Shown here: in pieces, positions 1-9,913 of the stretch
Numbering within the stretch: the first letter of the stretch is position 1
How the letters are laid out: each line of letters opens with the position of its first letter
Virus record (IMG/VR): IMGVR_UViG_3300027715_000146
Span: 2,569-66,568 of that record
Reading direction: 5' to 3' (one strand)
Source: a virus
Lineage: Duplodnaviria; Caudoviricetes
Length of the DNA stretch: 64,000 nucleotides
Notes under the pieces: model-generated
Told to the model about the DNA's origin: nothing
Databases searched by the model: none
What the model saw: the letters and a program-made list of their open reading frames with translations, nothing else
Position numbers and translations under genes: made by a program

Positions 1-2
1 GT

Positions 3-1817
3 GTAGGAGTGTTCGATGGAACTGGTGATTATCTTACCGTTGGTGCTACTGGTGATTTTGATTTTGGAAATGGGCAATGGACAATTGAAGGGTATATTTA
101 TATAAATGATGCGGTGTCTCCAAATGGATGTCCTATTGTTGTAGTTCCATTAAATGACACCGGGGGATTTCATTCTTTATTATTTTATTTATACAATTCT
201 GGCAAATTGGGGTGCATATTTGCTGCCAATGCAACATCTTGGATACCCATGAGTTATGAATGGACAACCGTATTATCGTTGAAACAATTATATCATTTTT
301 CATTGGTTAGAAACTCTGATGGATATATTAGGGGATATTTAAACGGAGTTCAGGATTTTAGTTTTAATATTGGAACAACTGCATTGTTGGCATCCACAGC
401 CCCATTAAGAATTGGACAGTACATCCCATCAGATCCTAGATATTTTAATGGGAATTTATCTGAATTACGTATATCATCAGTTGCCCGTTACACTTCCAAC
501 TTTACTCCACCAAGAACCCAATTGCAATCCGATTCAAACACCAAACTGCTCCTGCATTTCCTTGGCAGTGGTCAAACATTCGTTGATTCATCACCAAGTC
601 CAAAGTCGATCACGGCATATGGTGATGCAAAACAGTTAAGCAGTCCATGTGGTAGCGGGATTGCCTATTTTGATGGAACGGGGGATTGGTTAACTACACC
701 GTATTCTGGATTGCAATTAGGTTCTGGAAATTTTACAATTCGATTTTGGGCAAAGGGGACTGTAAATTCAGTTTATCAAGCAATTGCCGGACAGTGGGAT
801 CCGGTGGGTTCAAATTCATCTTGGGCAATCGGAACAGGTGGAGGGGGAGATCATATTCCTTATTTGCAATTATATATTGGAGGTGCGGTTTTTGCATATG
901 GCCCCACTGCTATTAATGATACAAATTGGCACTATTATGTTGCAACTCGAAATGGCAACACATATACATTATATATTGATGGAGTCTCGGGAACTCCTGT
1001 TACTAATGCAGGCACCTTAAACCAATCTACATATTCGATAGTTACAATAGGCAACTCAAATACCTCATATTCGGTTCCTTTTTTAGGAAACATATCAGAC
1101 TTTGAAATTAAAATTGGAGTTGCTGAAACTGGCGCTGTTCCAACTCAACCGTTCCGCCCTGACCCATATACAAAACTCCTTTTGCATTTTGACAGTTGGG
1201 GAAACCCGACATGGTTTGAAGATGCATCCAATTCATCCCCGGTAACCGTTACCCCTACCGGAACATTCGCCATACAGACGATCCCATCGGGTAAGCAGTT
1301 ATTAGTATTTGACGGTAGCACGAATTACGTGAGTTTGAGTAATCATACAAGTTTATATCCATTTAATTCAGATTTTTCAATTGTCACGTGGTTTAAAATT
1401 CCATTAAATACACCGTATTACCCAATATATGTGCAAGATAATGGAACTATTTATGCGGCATTATATTTAAATGCAGGAGCGAGTGATTCGCGTATTATTT
1501 TATTATCTGATGACACTGGTAGCGTTAGACGATTTTATTATACTTACACCGTGCCCGGATATTGGGTATTGAATACGTGGTATCATTTAGTTGTACAGAG
1601 ATCTGGATCTAATTGTTTAATGTATTTAAATGGGTATAACCTAACAATTACAACCGGAACTGCATGGAACTCACCTATTAATTTGGGGCTTCCTATTACA
1701 ATCGGAAAACAAAATGCTGGATATGCTAATGGAAACATCAAAGATCTCCAGATATTCAGACAGGCATTATCGCCGTCGCAGATAGCAGATCTCATGCGAT
1801 ACACCTCACCTATCTGA
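3..1817 (+). CDS. Multi-LamG (concanavalin A-like) tail/adhesin protein, 5' truncated by window
   Basis: Frame is open from base 3 (VGVFDGTGDYL). Three LamG-like repeats (FDGTGD, FTIE.W, WHY, LY..G) are joined by TKLLLHF linkers. Confidence 0.8.
   Translation, partial: VGVFDGTGDYLTVGATGDFDFGNGQWTIEGYIYINDAVSPNGCPIVVVPLNDTGGFHSLLFYLYNSGKLGCIFAANATSWIPMSYEWTTVLSLKQLYHFSLVRNSDGYIRGYLNGVQDFSFNIGTTALLASTAPLRIGQYIPSDPRYFNGNLSELRISSVARYTSNFTPPRTQLQSDSNTKLLLHFLGSGQTFVDSSPSPKSITAYGDAKQLSSPCGSGIAYFDGTGDWLTTPYSGLQLGSGNFTIRFWAKGTVNSVYQAIAGQWDPVGSNSSWAIGTGGGGDHIPYLQLYIGGAVFAYGPTAINDTNWHYYVATRNGNTYTLYIDGVSGTPVTNAGTLNQSTYSIVTIGNSNTSYSVPFLGNISDFEIKIGVAETGAVPTQPFRPDPYTKLLLHFDSWGNPTWFEDASNSSPVTVTPTGTFAIQTIPSGKQLLVFDGSTNYVSLSNHTSLYPFNSDFSIVTWFKIPLNTPYYPIYVQDNGTIYAALYLNAGASDSRIILLSDDTGSVRRFYYTYTVPGYWVLNTWYHLVVQRSGSNCLMYLNGYNLTITTGTAWNSPINLGLPITIGKQNAGYANGNIKDLQIFRQALSPSQIADLMRYTSPI
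513..650 (+). repeat. 138-bp linker repeat, copy 1 (copy 2 at 10549-10686)
   Basis: 135/138 identical by manual alignment; all three differences are synonymous. Confidence 0.9.
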
Positions 1818-1826
1818 CCTTTTTTA
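1818..1826 (+). terminator. Oligo-T tract after cassette end (similar at 7206-7217)
   Basis: T-tracts immediately after the stop of the last gene of each cassette, consistent with archaeal intrinsic terminators. Confidence 0.35.
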
Positions 1827-1868
1827 ATATAGTTTTCTCTCGAATCAGTAACTAATTGGGGATACAAT

Positions 1869-2918
1869 ATGGCACTTCGTTTATTAACTACCGGGATATC
1901 TAATCCAGAACCGCAATTTTATAAGGAAGGTACCGCGACCATCCCTGCTGGAAGCGTATCGGTTGTCGTACCGCACGATCTGGCAATGCTCCCTACCCGG
2001 ATAGAGGTTGTACCGGATTGCAATATCACCACCGTCACCGATACCTCATTTACCATATCCATACTCTATCCACAATCAGCTGATACTGTATTCAGCTGGA
2101 CCGCATCCCCTTCAACAGAATTCCTCAATACCGGTAATCTGGACGGCGGTTCTACCACCCGGAAGAACTTAATCCAGTACCGAAGATCAAATACTGCGAC
2201 ATGGACATCGGTTAACCCGGTATTGTCCGAAGGCGAACCGGCCTATGACACGGATCTGAAAGAATTGCGTATTGGTGATGGTACCTCACCATATGCCAGC
2301 CTCACCCCATTAAATAAACAGACGGAAGTTGCCCGGACCATAGAAGGCGTTCTCTATACCACCACATTCCTTCCCCATGTGGTTACCCGCCCCGGTATTA
2401 TCAGATATGTCAGATCCTCAGTGGTATCTCTTCCAGTCGGTGCCGATATTCTCATCGATGTGAGAAAGAATGGAACGTATGTAACTGACTCTATTTTCAC
2501 GAATGATACCCCGATAAAGATCAAACAGATGATATCTACTACCTATCGCCTGCGTTCCTCAAATACTGCGACATTAACCATCCCCGGTCATTCCTATCAG
2601 GTAGGGGATAGTATCCTTGTATCCGGGGTATCCGGTACTGGATATAATGGTACGTATACGATTACCTTTGCCAATTCTGGAACAATCCAATATGCCTGCA
2701 CTGGTACTGATGAAGCATCAACTGCCGATACCGGAGGTATCGTCACTATTGCACCGACAAACGGGTTATACCAAGTAAAGACCTCTGTCGGGAACACGGT
2801 ATCATTAGATGCCACTCGTACATCCGTTGTAGAAGGGGATGTGATCTGGATGCTGATCACTCAGGTCGGATCCACTATCGGAGGGATTGATCTCATTAAC
2901 CAGTTAGTGATATCATGA
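1869..2918 (+). CDS. Tail fibre adapter protein with Mtd-N/hyaluronidase-N-like motif
   Basis: LIQYRRSNTATWTSVNPVLSEGEPAYDTDLKELRIGDG resembles the major-tropism-determinant N-terminal motif. The C-terminal part is paralogous to 7242..7679. Confidence 0.65.
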   Translation: MALRLLTTGISNPEPQFYKEGTATIPAGSVSVVVPHDLAMLPTRIEVVPDCNITTVTDTSFTISILYPQSADTVFSWTASPSTEFLNTGNLDGGSTTRKNLIQYRRSNTATWTSVNPVLSEGEPAYDTDLKELRIGDGTSPYASLTPLNKQTEVARTIEGVLYTTTFLPHVVTRPGIIRYVRSSVVSLPVGADILIDVRKNGTYVTDSIFTNDTPIKIKQMISTTYRLRSSNTATLTIPGHSYQVGDSILVSGVSGTGYNGTYTITFANSGTIQYACTGTDEASTADTGGIVTIAPTNGLYQVKTSVGNTVSLDATRTSVVEGDVIWMLITQVGSTIGGIDLINQLVIS

Positions 2919-4480
2919 CCCAGTCATCCTTATTTGATAAGTGTGTACTGCATTGGACCGGGAAACATGCAACCGTCATTGCCGGTAGTACGAATGTATT
3001 ACATACGCGAACCTATGACGGGTTATATACAGTCGATAAGTTCACTCTGAAGACCAATGTCATCGGTTCAGTGCTATGGGAAGTTCCCAATGGCGTCATA
3101 TCAATCGATTATTTAGTCGTTGGAGGCGGCGGACCCGGTGGAAGAGGTGGTTCGTGTGGTGGTGGAGGAGCCGGTGGTGTTCGATCTGGTAATCTCTCAA
3201 TAACCAACTCTCATTATTCGATACAAGTCGGCCATGGTGGTATATGCGTAGGTAACTACGGTAACCTTGGTGGGGAATCCATATTAGGATCCATTCGGGC
3301 CAATGGCGGCGGTTCGTCCAAATCTGGTGATGGATCCGCGTATTCTTATAATTGTAATGGAGGTTCAGGGGCCGGGGGCAGTCATGCGGATATCACCGGT
3401 GGATTAGGTAATACTCCGGCAACTACTCCAGCACAAGGATATAATGGAGGGAATGGTGCTACTGACGGGAGTTCTTATTTCCACGGCGGCGGTGGTGGTG
3501 GAGCCGGTGGTGCTGGCAGCAATGGATCATCATCCAGTTCAGGAGCAGGTGGCCCCGGTATCCAGTCATCTATTACCGGATCTGCGGTATGGTATGCGGC
3601 CGGCGGTGGTGGAGCCGGGAGAACGGGTTCTACATGGAGCGGTGCATCCGGAGGAAGTGGTATCGGCGGGAATGGAAGCATCACTCAGGGAAGTAATGGG
3701 GCTGATGGTACGGGTAGCGGCGGTGGATCATCCGGAACATCTACCAGTTATCTAGGAGGACGAGGGGGAACAGGGGTAGTTATCCTCCGGTATCTCACTC
3801 CCTCTACTCAGTACTCAAATGTCATCTATTCTGAATACGATGAGTTCCCGATCATCCCATCCGGAGTTACGGTTACTTCAGCAGGATCATGGACAAAGTC
3901 AGGGCAGGTTAACGGTAACAAATTATTGAATTTCGATGGATCCAGTAATTATATTTCATTATCTGATAATGCCGCATGGGATTTTTGGAATGAAGCATGC
4001 TCATTAACATGTTGGGTTAAATTTGGGAATATATCTAATTCATTTATATTCATTAAACAGGCAACTGATGCATCGAACTGGTACGCTGTTTATTGGGCCC
4101 CATCATCATTATTATTTCAACGGTATATTTCTGCCGCAAACAATGGAAATCACAGTATTGCATTTAGTCCATCATTGGATACATGGTATCATGTTGCATT
4201 TACGAAAACTGCTGGAGGATCTGCTCCAATTATATACATGAATGGGATGAGTCAAACAATCACATCACCAGTAGTCCAATCTGATACAGTTACGACGTTT
4301 ACTGGTCCATTTACCATTGGAGGGCATAGCACCGGATTTTCAAATGGAGTTATCAAAGACTTGATGATCTGGAAAGGTCGTGCTCTTTCTCAGCTGGAAA
4401 TCATCACCATTATGAACCGGACATCACCCTATGCTATTACGAACTGGTATCCGGATCAGCAAGGGAGGTATATGAAATGA
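2915..4480 (+). CDS. Glycine-rich domain + LamG tail protein
   Basis: YLVVGGGGPGG...GGRGGTGVVILRY Gly-rich block followed by a LamG domain. Confidence 0.75.
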   Translation: MTQSSLFDKCVLHWTGKHATVIAGSTNVLHTRTYDGLYTVDKFTLKTNVIGSVLWEVPNGVISIDYLVVGGGGPGGRGGSCGGGGAGGVRSGNLSITNSHYSIQVGHGGICVGNYGNLGGESILGSIRANGGGSSKSGDGSAYSYNCNGGSGAGGSHADITGGLGNTPATTPAQGYNGGNGATDGSSYFHGGGGGGAGGAGSNGSSSSSGAGGPGIQSSITGSAVWYAAGGGGAGRTGSTWSGASGGSGIGGNGSITQGSNGADGTGSGGGSSGTSTSYLGGRGGTGVVILRYLTPSTQYSNVIYSEYDEFPIIPSGVTVTSAGSWTKSGQVNGNKLLNFDGSSNYISLSDNAAWDFWNEACSLTCWVKFGNISNSFIFIKQATDASNWYAVYWAPSSLLFQRYISAANNGNHSIAFSPSLDTWYHVAFTKTAGGSAPIIYMNGMSQTITSPVVQSDTVTTFTGPFTIGGHSTGFSNGVIKDLMIWKGRALSQLEIITIMNRTSPYAITNWYPDQQGRYMK

Positions 4481-5193
4481 CATGGTATCGGGATTATCAG
4501 GAGATCATGGCTGGATGTTGGGCATACTACCCCAATACCTTATTGGACAGTATCGGTGGATACCATGTAACCAATCAGGGAGGGGTGCAAATAGCAACTG
4601 ACCGGTTTGGAGGGGTAAATAAAGCATATTACTTTTCCGGAGCAGTGACAGTGAATGCATTGCTACCAGTAACGATTGCATCAATCGTTGCATCAAATAC
4701 CAATAATACCATTTTAGTTTGGGCAAAATACAATTCCGGTTCGTACGATTACTTTTTGAGCAAACCGAGATTGACTGGAGGGGTATACTACGACTGGTAT
4801 ATCACATCTGTAGGTGTTCGAATGAGCCCCGGTGGTGTTGATAAACCACTAGCGTTTTCAACCACTCCGGTTGCAACCAACTGGAATTTGCTAGGATTCA
4901 CTCATGATCGTTCTACATTAACTGCATATACTAATGGGGTTTATGCTGGAAGCATTGCTGCATCCGGAGCGATAACAAACTCCGATACTGGTGATAATAT
5001 ATACAAATACCCATGCGTTGCCGCATGGGATAATAATTCAACTGTTTCTGCAGCAAACAATTCCAATGTGAGTATTGGGGAAATCTGGTTCTTTAACCGG
5101 GTATTAACCCCGATTGAGATAAAGACGCTTTACCAGATAACCAATTTACGGTATTTGTCTCCGAATGTATATGGATCCAGAGGGATTGAATGA
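4477..5193 (+). CDS. Single LamG-domain virion protein
   Basis: TDRFG..NKAYYF, WNLLGFT, IGEIWFFNRVLT; paralog of 9191..9913. Confidence 0.75.
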   Translation: MTWYRDYQEIMAGCWAYYPNTLLDSIGGYHVTNQGGVQIATDRFGGVNKAYYFSGAVTVNALLPVTIASIVASNTNNTILVWAKYNSGSYDYFLSKPRLTGGVYYDWYITSVGVRMSPGGVDKPLAFSTTPVATNWNLLGFTHDRSTLTAYTNGVYAGSIAASGAITNSDTGDNIYKYPCVAAWDNNSTVSAANNSNVSIGEIWFFNRVLTPIEIKTLYQITNLRYLSPNVYGSRGIE

Positions 5194-7205
5194 CATCAGG
5201 AATATTATCACAGGAATCTCTTCGCAATCTCGGTAATGTATTGCATCTACCACTGGAGAGAAAAGATGGATCCATCACCCGGGATTATTCCCCTCCGCAT
5301 GGAAAGGATATTACTACAAATGGTGATGTAAAGCAGATCCTTCCATTTCCCGGTGCCGGTGTAGGAGTTTTTGATGGTACAGGGGATTATCTTACAATAC
5401 CTGATTCAGATGATTGGAATATATTTGACTCAAACTTTACTATTGAATTTTTATGGTGTCCAAATAATGTTACTTCTACATCCCATAGATTTTGTGGACA
5501 ATTTGTAGATTCCGGAAATTATTGGGGGGTTTATTGGAACAGTTCAACAAATAATCTATATTTAGAAGTGGATACAGCATCAACTTACAGAGCGAACTAT
5601 TATTGTACATTATCAATAATTCCAGTAGTTGGAACTTATTACCATATTGTAGTTGAAAGGTATGGTTCATCGTGTTTGATATTTATTAATGGGATAAGTC
5701 AAACAGTTACTATTTCTGCTGCATGGAACGGCACATCTAACATTTCAGGACCATTAACAATCGGAAGTGTTTTAACAGTCGTAACCGCATCTTGTAATTT
5801 ATCTGAATTCCGCATATCCAACATCGCTCGTTACACCGGCCCATTTGCCCTACCACGTTACCAATTTACATCAGACTCCAATACTAAACTCCTGCTTCAC
5901 TTTACACCAACAGGCACGACATTTACTGACAGTTCACCATCACCAAAGACGGTAACGGCAAACGGTGATGCCAAATGCATCACCAGCCCGATATCAGGTA
6001 CTGGGTTGGCTTACTTTGACGGTACTACTCCGTATGATTATGTAAGTGTACCGGATAGTGATGACTGGCATTTTACCGGTGATTTTACCATAGAGTCATG
6101 GGTGAATGATACCACATGGGGTACATTATTCTGCCAACGGGCAAATGCATCAACTGATCTGTGCCCGATTTTATTATGGGGTGGGAGATCCAGCTGGAAT
6201 GTCTTATTATCTTTTAATAATACTTCATGGGTAGCAAACCCTACCATTAACACCGGCACATTAACCGGGATTACCGGGCCCTATCATATTGCTCTTGTGC
6301 GATATGGATCCACCTTCACCCTGTATATTAACGGATTAGTAAAAGGCACATACGTATCATCATCCACGTTTACAAATAAATCCAATCCTATTTATATTGG
6401 ATCTCATCCGGATGGGTATGGCATTATCGGTTATTTGGGAGAATATCGGATCTCTACCATTGCCCGGTATACCGGAGAATTCACCCCACAAGCAACCCCA
6501 TTCACTCCTGATCCTTACACCAAGTTACTGTTGCATTTCGACAACTTCACCAACCCGGTAAAATTCACCGATTCGAGCAGATCTTCACTACCTCATCATG
6601 CAACGATCACCGGGGATTGTCTTATCCGGACCGGTAAAGATGGAAGAGGAGTAATGTATTTTGACGGGAGTGATAGATTATTAATTCCTGATGTCTCTGA
6701 CTATGATATTGGATTATTAAACACTCCTTTCACAATATCTTGCTGGGTATTGTCAACTATGACAAATACTGCTACACCATCTATGCTATTTGGAAGAGGT
6801 GGAGGATCTGAAGCTTGGAATGATACCACCGGTTTTCAGTTTTTATGGTATTATCGTGGAACCGATTTCGGAACCACTCAAATTGCATGGAAATCGGGTA
6901 CGGGTTCAGCGAATAGTTATTTAGATATTACTGGGAACGTATTTAATGATGGGTATTGGAATTTTCACACGTTAAAATACGATGGATCTACTCTTTATGC
7001 TTATAAAAATAATGTCTTATTAACATCTAAAACCTCCGTTGTATTTGCGAAACCTGTTCCAACCCACACTACAATCTGTAGTGGTCCATACGCATCCCCG
7101 AGTTATTATATGCAAGCATATATAAAAGATTTCCAAATATTCAAAGGAACGGCCCTTTCCATGGATCAACTTGCAGACATTATGCGACATACCGATCCTC
7201 GCTGA
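5190..7205 (+). CDS. Multi-LamG tail/adhesin protein
   Basis: Three LamG repeats with QILPFPGAG and TKLLLHF linkers. Confidence 0.8.
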   Translation: MTSGILSQESLRNLGNVLHLPLERKDGSITRDYSPPHGKDITTNGDVKQILPFPGAGVGVFDGTGDYLTIPDSDDWNIFDSNFTIEFLWCPNNVTSTSHRFCGQFVDSGNYWGVYWNSSTNNLYLEVDTASTYRANYYCTLSIIPVVGTYYHIVVERYGSSCLIFINGISQTVTISAAWNGTSNISGPLTIGSVLTVVTASCNLSEFRISNIARYTGPFALPRYQFTSDSNTKLLLHFTPTGTTFTDSSPSPKTVTANGDAKCITSPISGTGLAYFDGTTPYDYVSVPDSDDWHFTGDFTIESWVNDTTWGTLFCQRANASTDLCPILLWGGRSSWNVLLSFNNTSWVANPTINTGTLTGITGPYHIALVRYGSTFTLYINGLVKGTYVSSSTFTNKSNPIYIGSHPDGYGIIGYLGEYRISTIARYTGEFTPQATPFTPDPYTKLLLHFDNFTNPVKFTDSSRSSLPHHATITGDCLIRTGKDGRGVMYFDGSDRLLIPDVSDYDIGLLNTPFTISCWVLSTMTNTATPSMLFGRGGGSEAWNDTTGFQFLWYYRGTDFGTTQIAWKSGTGSANSYLDITGNVFNDGYWNFHTLKYDGSTLYAYKNNVLLTSKTSVVFAKPVPTHTTICSGPYASPSYYMQAYIKDFQIFKGTALSMDQLADIMRHTDPR

Positions 7206-7241
7206 CCTTCTTTTTTATTCACTCTCCTCGTTTTACTAAGT

Positions 7242-7679
7242 ATGACGCTATCGATAATCGGGAAAATCAGTAATATATTCAATATCATCAACGGGATGAT
7301 CACCGCTCCGGATATCATCACCCGCACTCTCGAAGGGGTCGTGTATGAGACAACCCTGATGTACTGGGTAGCACCGGCTGCATGTACGATCACTGATACC
7401 AAGATGTATTTAGCGTCAAATCCATCTGCAACCGGTTCATACTGTTATATCCAGATACTGAAAAACGGTCTGTTAGAAACCAACTCTATATTCGCGTCAG
7501 ATCTCCCTATGCAGATTACTGAGACGACTTCACCGGTAAATAGTCTATATTCTGCATCCGGTACACTTGATGCTGCACAGGTCGCCTTATCCACCGGTGA
7601 TGTCATCTGGTTCCGGGTAAACCGGGCAGATGCCGGATCGGCAGACCTGATGATCCAGATGCGAGTGAATTATACCTGA
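7242..7679 (+). CDS. Tail adapter protein, paralog of C-terminal half of 1869..2918
   Basis: TRTLEGVVYETT vs ARTIEGVLYTTT; LKNG..TNSIF vs RKNG..TDSIF; GDVIW in both. Confidence 0.6.
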   Translation: MTLSIIGKISNIFNIINGMITAPDIITRTLEGVVYETTLMYWVAPAACTITDTKMYLASNPSATGSYCYIQILKNGLLETNSIFASDLPMQITETTSPVNSLYSASGTLDAAQVALSTGDVIWFRVNRADAGSADLMIQMRVNYT

Positions 7680-7688
7680 GGATATCGC

Positions 7689-9191
7689 ATGACCGTCTCA
7701 AAAACGATTATCAGAACGGGAACACAAGTCCTCGAAGTATATACTACGAATTTATCCGCAGGTAGTGGTCAAGATAGTTACACATGGACTCCTCCTAGTG
7801 GCATATCTCGCGTCGATGTATTTTTAGTCGGCGGGGGCGGAGGCGGAGGTTATAGCGGTTTTAATGGTTCCGGCGGCGGTGGAGCCGGCGGTGTACTATT
7901 TACACCGAGAGTTTCGATCTCCGGCAGTATCACATTAAAAGTTGGGGCCGGTGGGTCTAGTAATGGAAATGGTGCAAACTCCGAATTTTCTACAATAATT
8001 GCTTATGGCGGAGGAAAAGGAGGGGCGTATAATAATGCCGGATCCAGTGGTGGTTCCGGTGGAGGACACGGTGCAAATATTACATCTACTGTGGCATCTG
8101 GTACATCCGGTCAGGGAAATGCTGGAGGCATTGGGTTATCAGGGGGTAACCATGCTGGCGGTGGTGGTGGAGCCGGCGGTGTCGGATCTGCCGGAAGTGC
8201 AGGTGGTGGTGGAGCCGGCGGCCCGGGAGTAAATTACTCCGGGTTATTTGGAACCACCGTAGGTGCAGGTGGTTGGTTTGGTGAAGGTGGTAGTGGTGGG
8301 TATGGGACATATGGCGGTTCGCATGGTGGTGGTCGCGGGGCGATCGATCCTACTAGCGGGGCGGCAACATCTGGTGTCAATGGCTCAGGTGGTGGTGGCG
8401 GCGGTGGATACTCAACATATGGTACGGCTGGTGGTTCCGGTGGATCCGGTATCGTTATCATCCGGTATTTTGTAAGTGGGAATACCGTAGGTGCGGGTAA
8501 ATTTACTTCATTATTTAACGGGTTAGTGCTGTGGTTTAATGGGAGTGTAGATACATCAGACGGTTTTCCTATCATACCGAGTGGTGTCACCGTAACCCCA
8601 TCCGGTAATTTTGGATATGTGGATCTCGGGAATAATAAAAGTTTAATGAATTTCAATGGTACAACCAATTATATTTCGTTAAGCGATAATGCAGCATGGA
8701 CGATGTTTGAAGGTGATTTCACAATTTCATTATGGGTAAAATTTGGAACGGTTAAGGACAATGAGTTTTTAGGGCAATATGCAGATACAAATAATAAGTG
8801 GACTGTTTATTGGGACGCTACAACAATAACGCTGTATGGAAAGATAGCGGGAACTATAAAAATGTTATATTCCGCTGCACTTGCACAATCTTCAGGAGTC
8901 TGGTATTATGTGACAATCATAAGATCTGGATCTGCATGTTTGATATATGTTAATGGGGCATCGCAGTCTGTAACCACAACCATTTCGTTTACTGCAACCA
9001 TAGATGTGACTGGTCCTTTTGAAATTGGACGAGGGGACACAGTATGTCTTAATGGCAACATTAAAGACCTAATGATCTGGAAAAATCGGGCTCTTACTAC
9101 TGCCGAAATCAAAATGTTGATGATCAAAACCCACCCTCTTACCGGAACCGGATTGATTCCCGGTCCGTATGATTACTGGAGGAACACATAA
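7689..9191 (+). CDS. Glycine-rich domain + LamG tail protein
   Basis: VFLVGGGGGGG...GGSGIVIIRY followed by LamG; paralog of 2915..4480. Confidence 0.75.
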   Translation: MTVSKTIIRTGTQVLEVYTTNLSAGSGQDSYTWTPPSGISRVDVFLVGGGGGGGYSGFNGSGGGGAGGVLFTPRVSISGSITLKVGAGGSSNGNGANSEFSTIIAYGGGKGGAYNNAGSSGGSGGGHGANITSTVASGTSGQGNAGGIGLSGGNHAGGGGGAGGVGSAGSAGGGGAGGPGVNYSGLFGTTVGAGGWFGEGGSGGYGTYGGSHGGGRGAIDPTSGAATSGVNGSGGGGGGGYSTYGTAGGSGGSGIVIIRYFVSGNTVGAGKFTSLFNGLVLWFNGSVDTSDGFPIIPSGVTVTPSGNFGYVDLGNNKSLMNFNGTTNYISLSDNAAWTMFEGDFTISLWVKFGTVKDNEFLGQYADTNNKWTVYWDATTITLYGKIAGTIKMLYSAALAQSSGVWYYVTIIRSGSACLIYVNGASQSVTTTISFTATIDVTGPFEIGRGDTVCLNGNIKDLMIWKNRALTTAEIKMLMIKTHPLTGTGLIPGPYDYWRNT

Positions 9192-9913
9192 TGCCTTTGA
9201 CATTTTACCGGGATTACAGCGAACTATTCTCAGGATGTTTGGCATATTACGACTGTTCTGTATCAGGGTCTACATTACTTGATGTCATGGGATCCTACAA
9301 TGCAACGATCACCGGATCTCCGCCAAATACTACGGATATATTTGGCAAATCAAAAGCATTTCAATTTACATATGCATCCACTCCAACGCATTACATTAAC
9401 ACCGGAATTGTCCCTGAAGGATGGACATCCGGGACAATAATTGCAGTCGTAAAAATACCGGTGGTATTAGCAGCCAACGGTGGGGTAATATTTGCATACG
9501 GATCCTCTACTAATCCATTAGTCGGGTTTAGCTCATACACAGGTAATCCGATTAATTTTAGGGTGCGAAATGCCGCCGGTAATATTGAAGCCGCTGTAGC
9601 ATTAACTGGGGTAAATGACAATACATGGCGTTGTGTTACCGGATCATGGAATAATGCCGGGTCTGCTAAGATATACTCCAACGGGGTATTGGGTTCATCC
9701 ATGTCTGGGGTAGGTGCATACCCGTCATCAATGGGGAGTAAACCGTTTTACATCGGTACTACCGATTCTGCGCAATTAGAATGTAATCTAGCAATTGGAG
9801 ACGTAATGATATTCAATGTGCAAAAATCCGATGCAGAAGTGTATGCTCTCTCAAAACTCCTTATGATGAAACATTTAACTCCGGTGTTATCGGGTGTAAG
9901 AGGGGTGGAATGA
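9191..9913 (+). CDS. Single LamG-domain virion protein
   Basis: FYRDY..L..GCLAYY N-terminus and RGVE C-terminus are shared with 4477..5193. Confidence 0.75.
   Translation: MPLTFYRDYSELFSGCLAYYDCSVSGSTLLDVMGSYNATITGSPPNTTDIFGKSKAFQFTYASTPTHYINTGIVPEGWTSGTIIAVVKIPVVLAANGGVIFAYGSSTNPLVGFSSYTGNPINFRVRNAAGNIEAAVALTGVNDNTWRCVTGSWNNAGSAKIYSNGVLGSSMSGVGAYPSSMGSKPFYIGTTDSAQLECNLAIGDVMIFNVQKSDAEVYALSKLLMMKHLTPVLSGVRGVE

Noticed and set aside
3444-8668. Pro-rich and other alternative-frame ORFs over the Gly-rich genes
   Set aside because: Shadow ORFs created by GGN codon runs on the coding strand.
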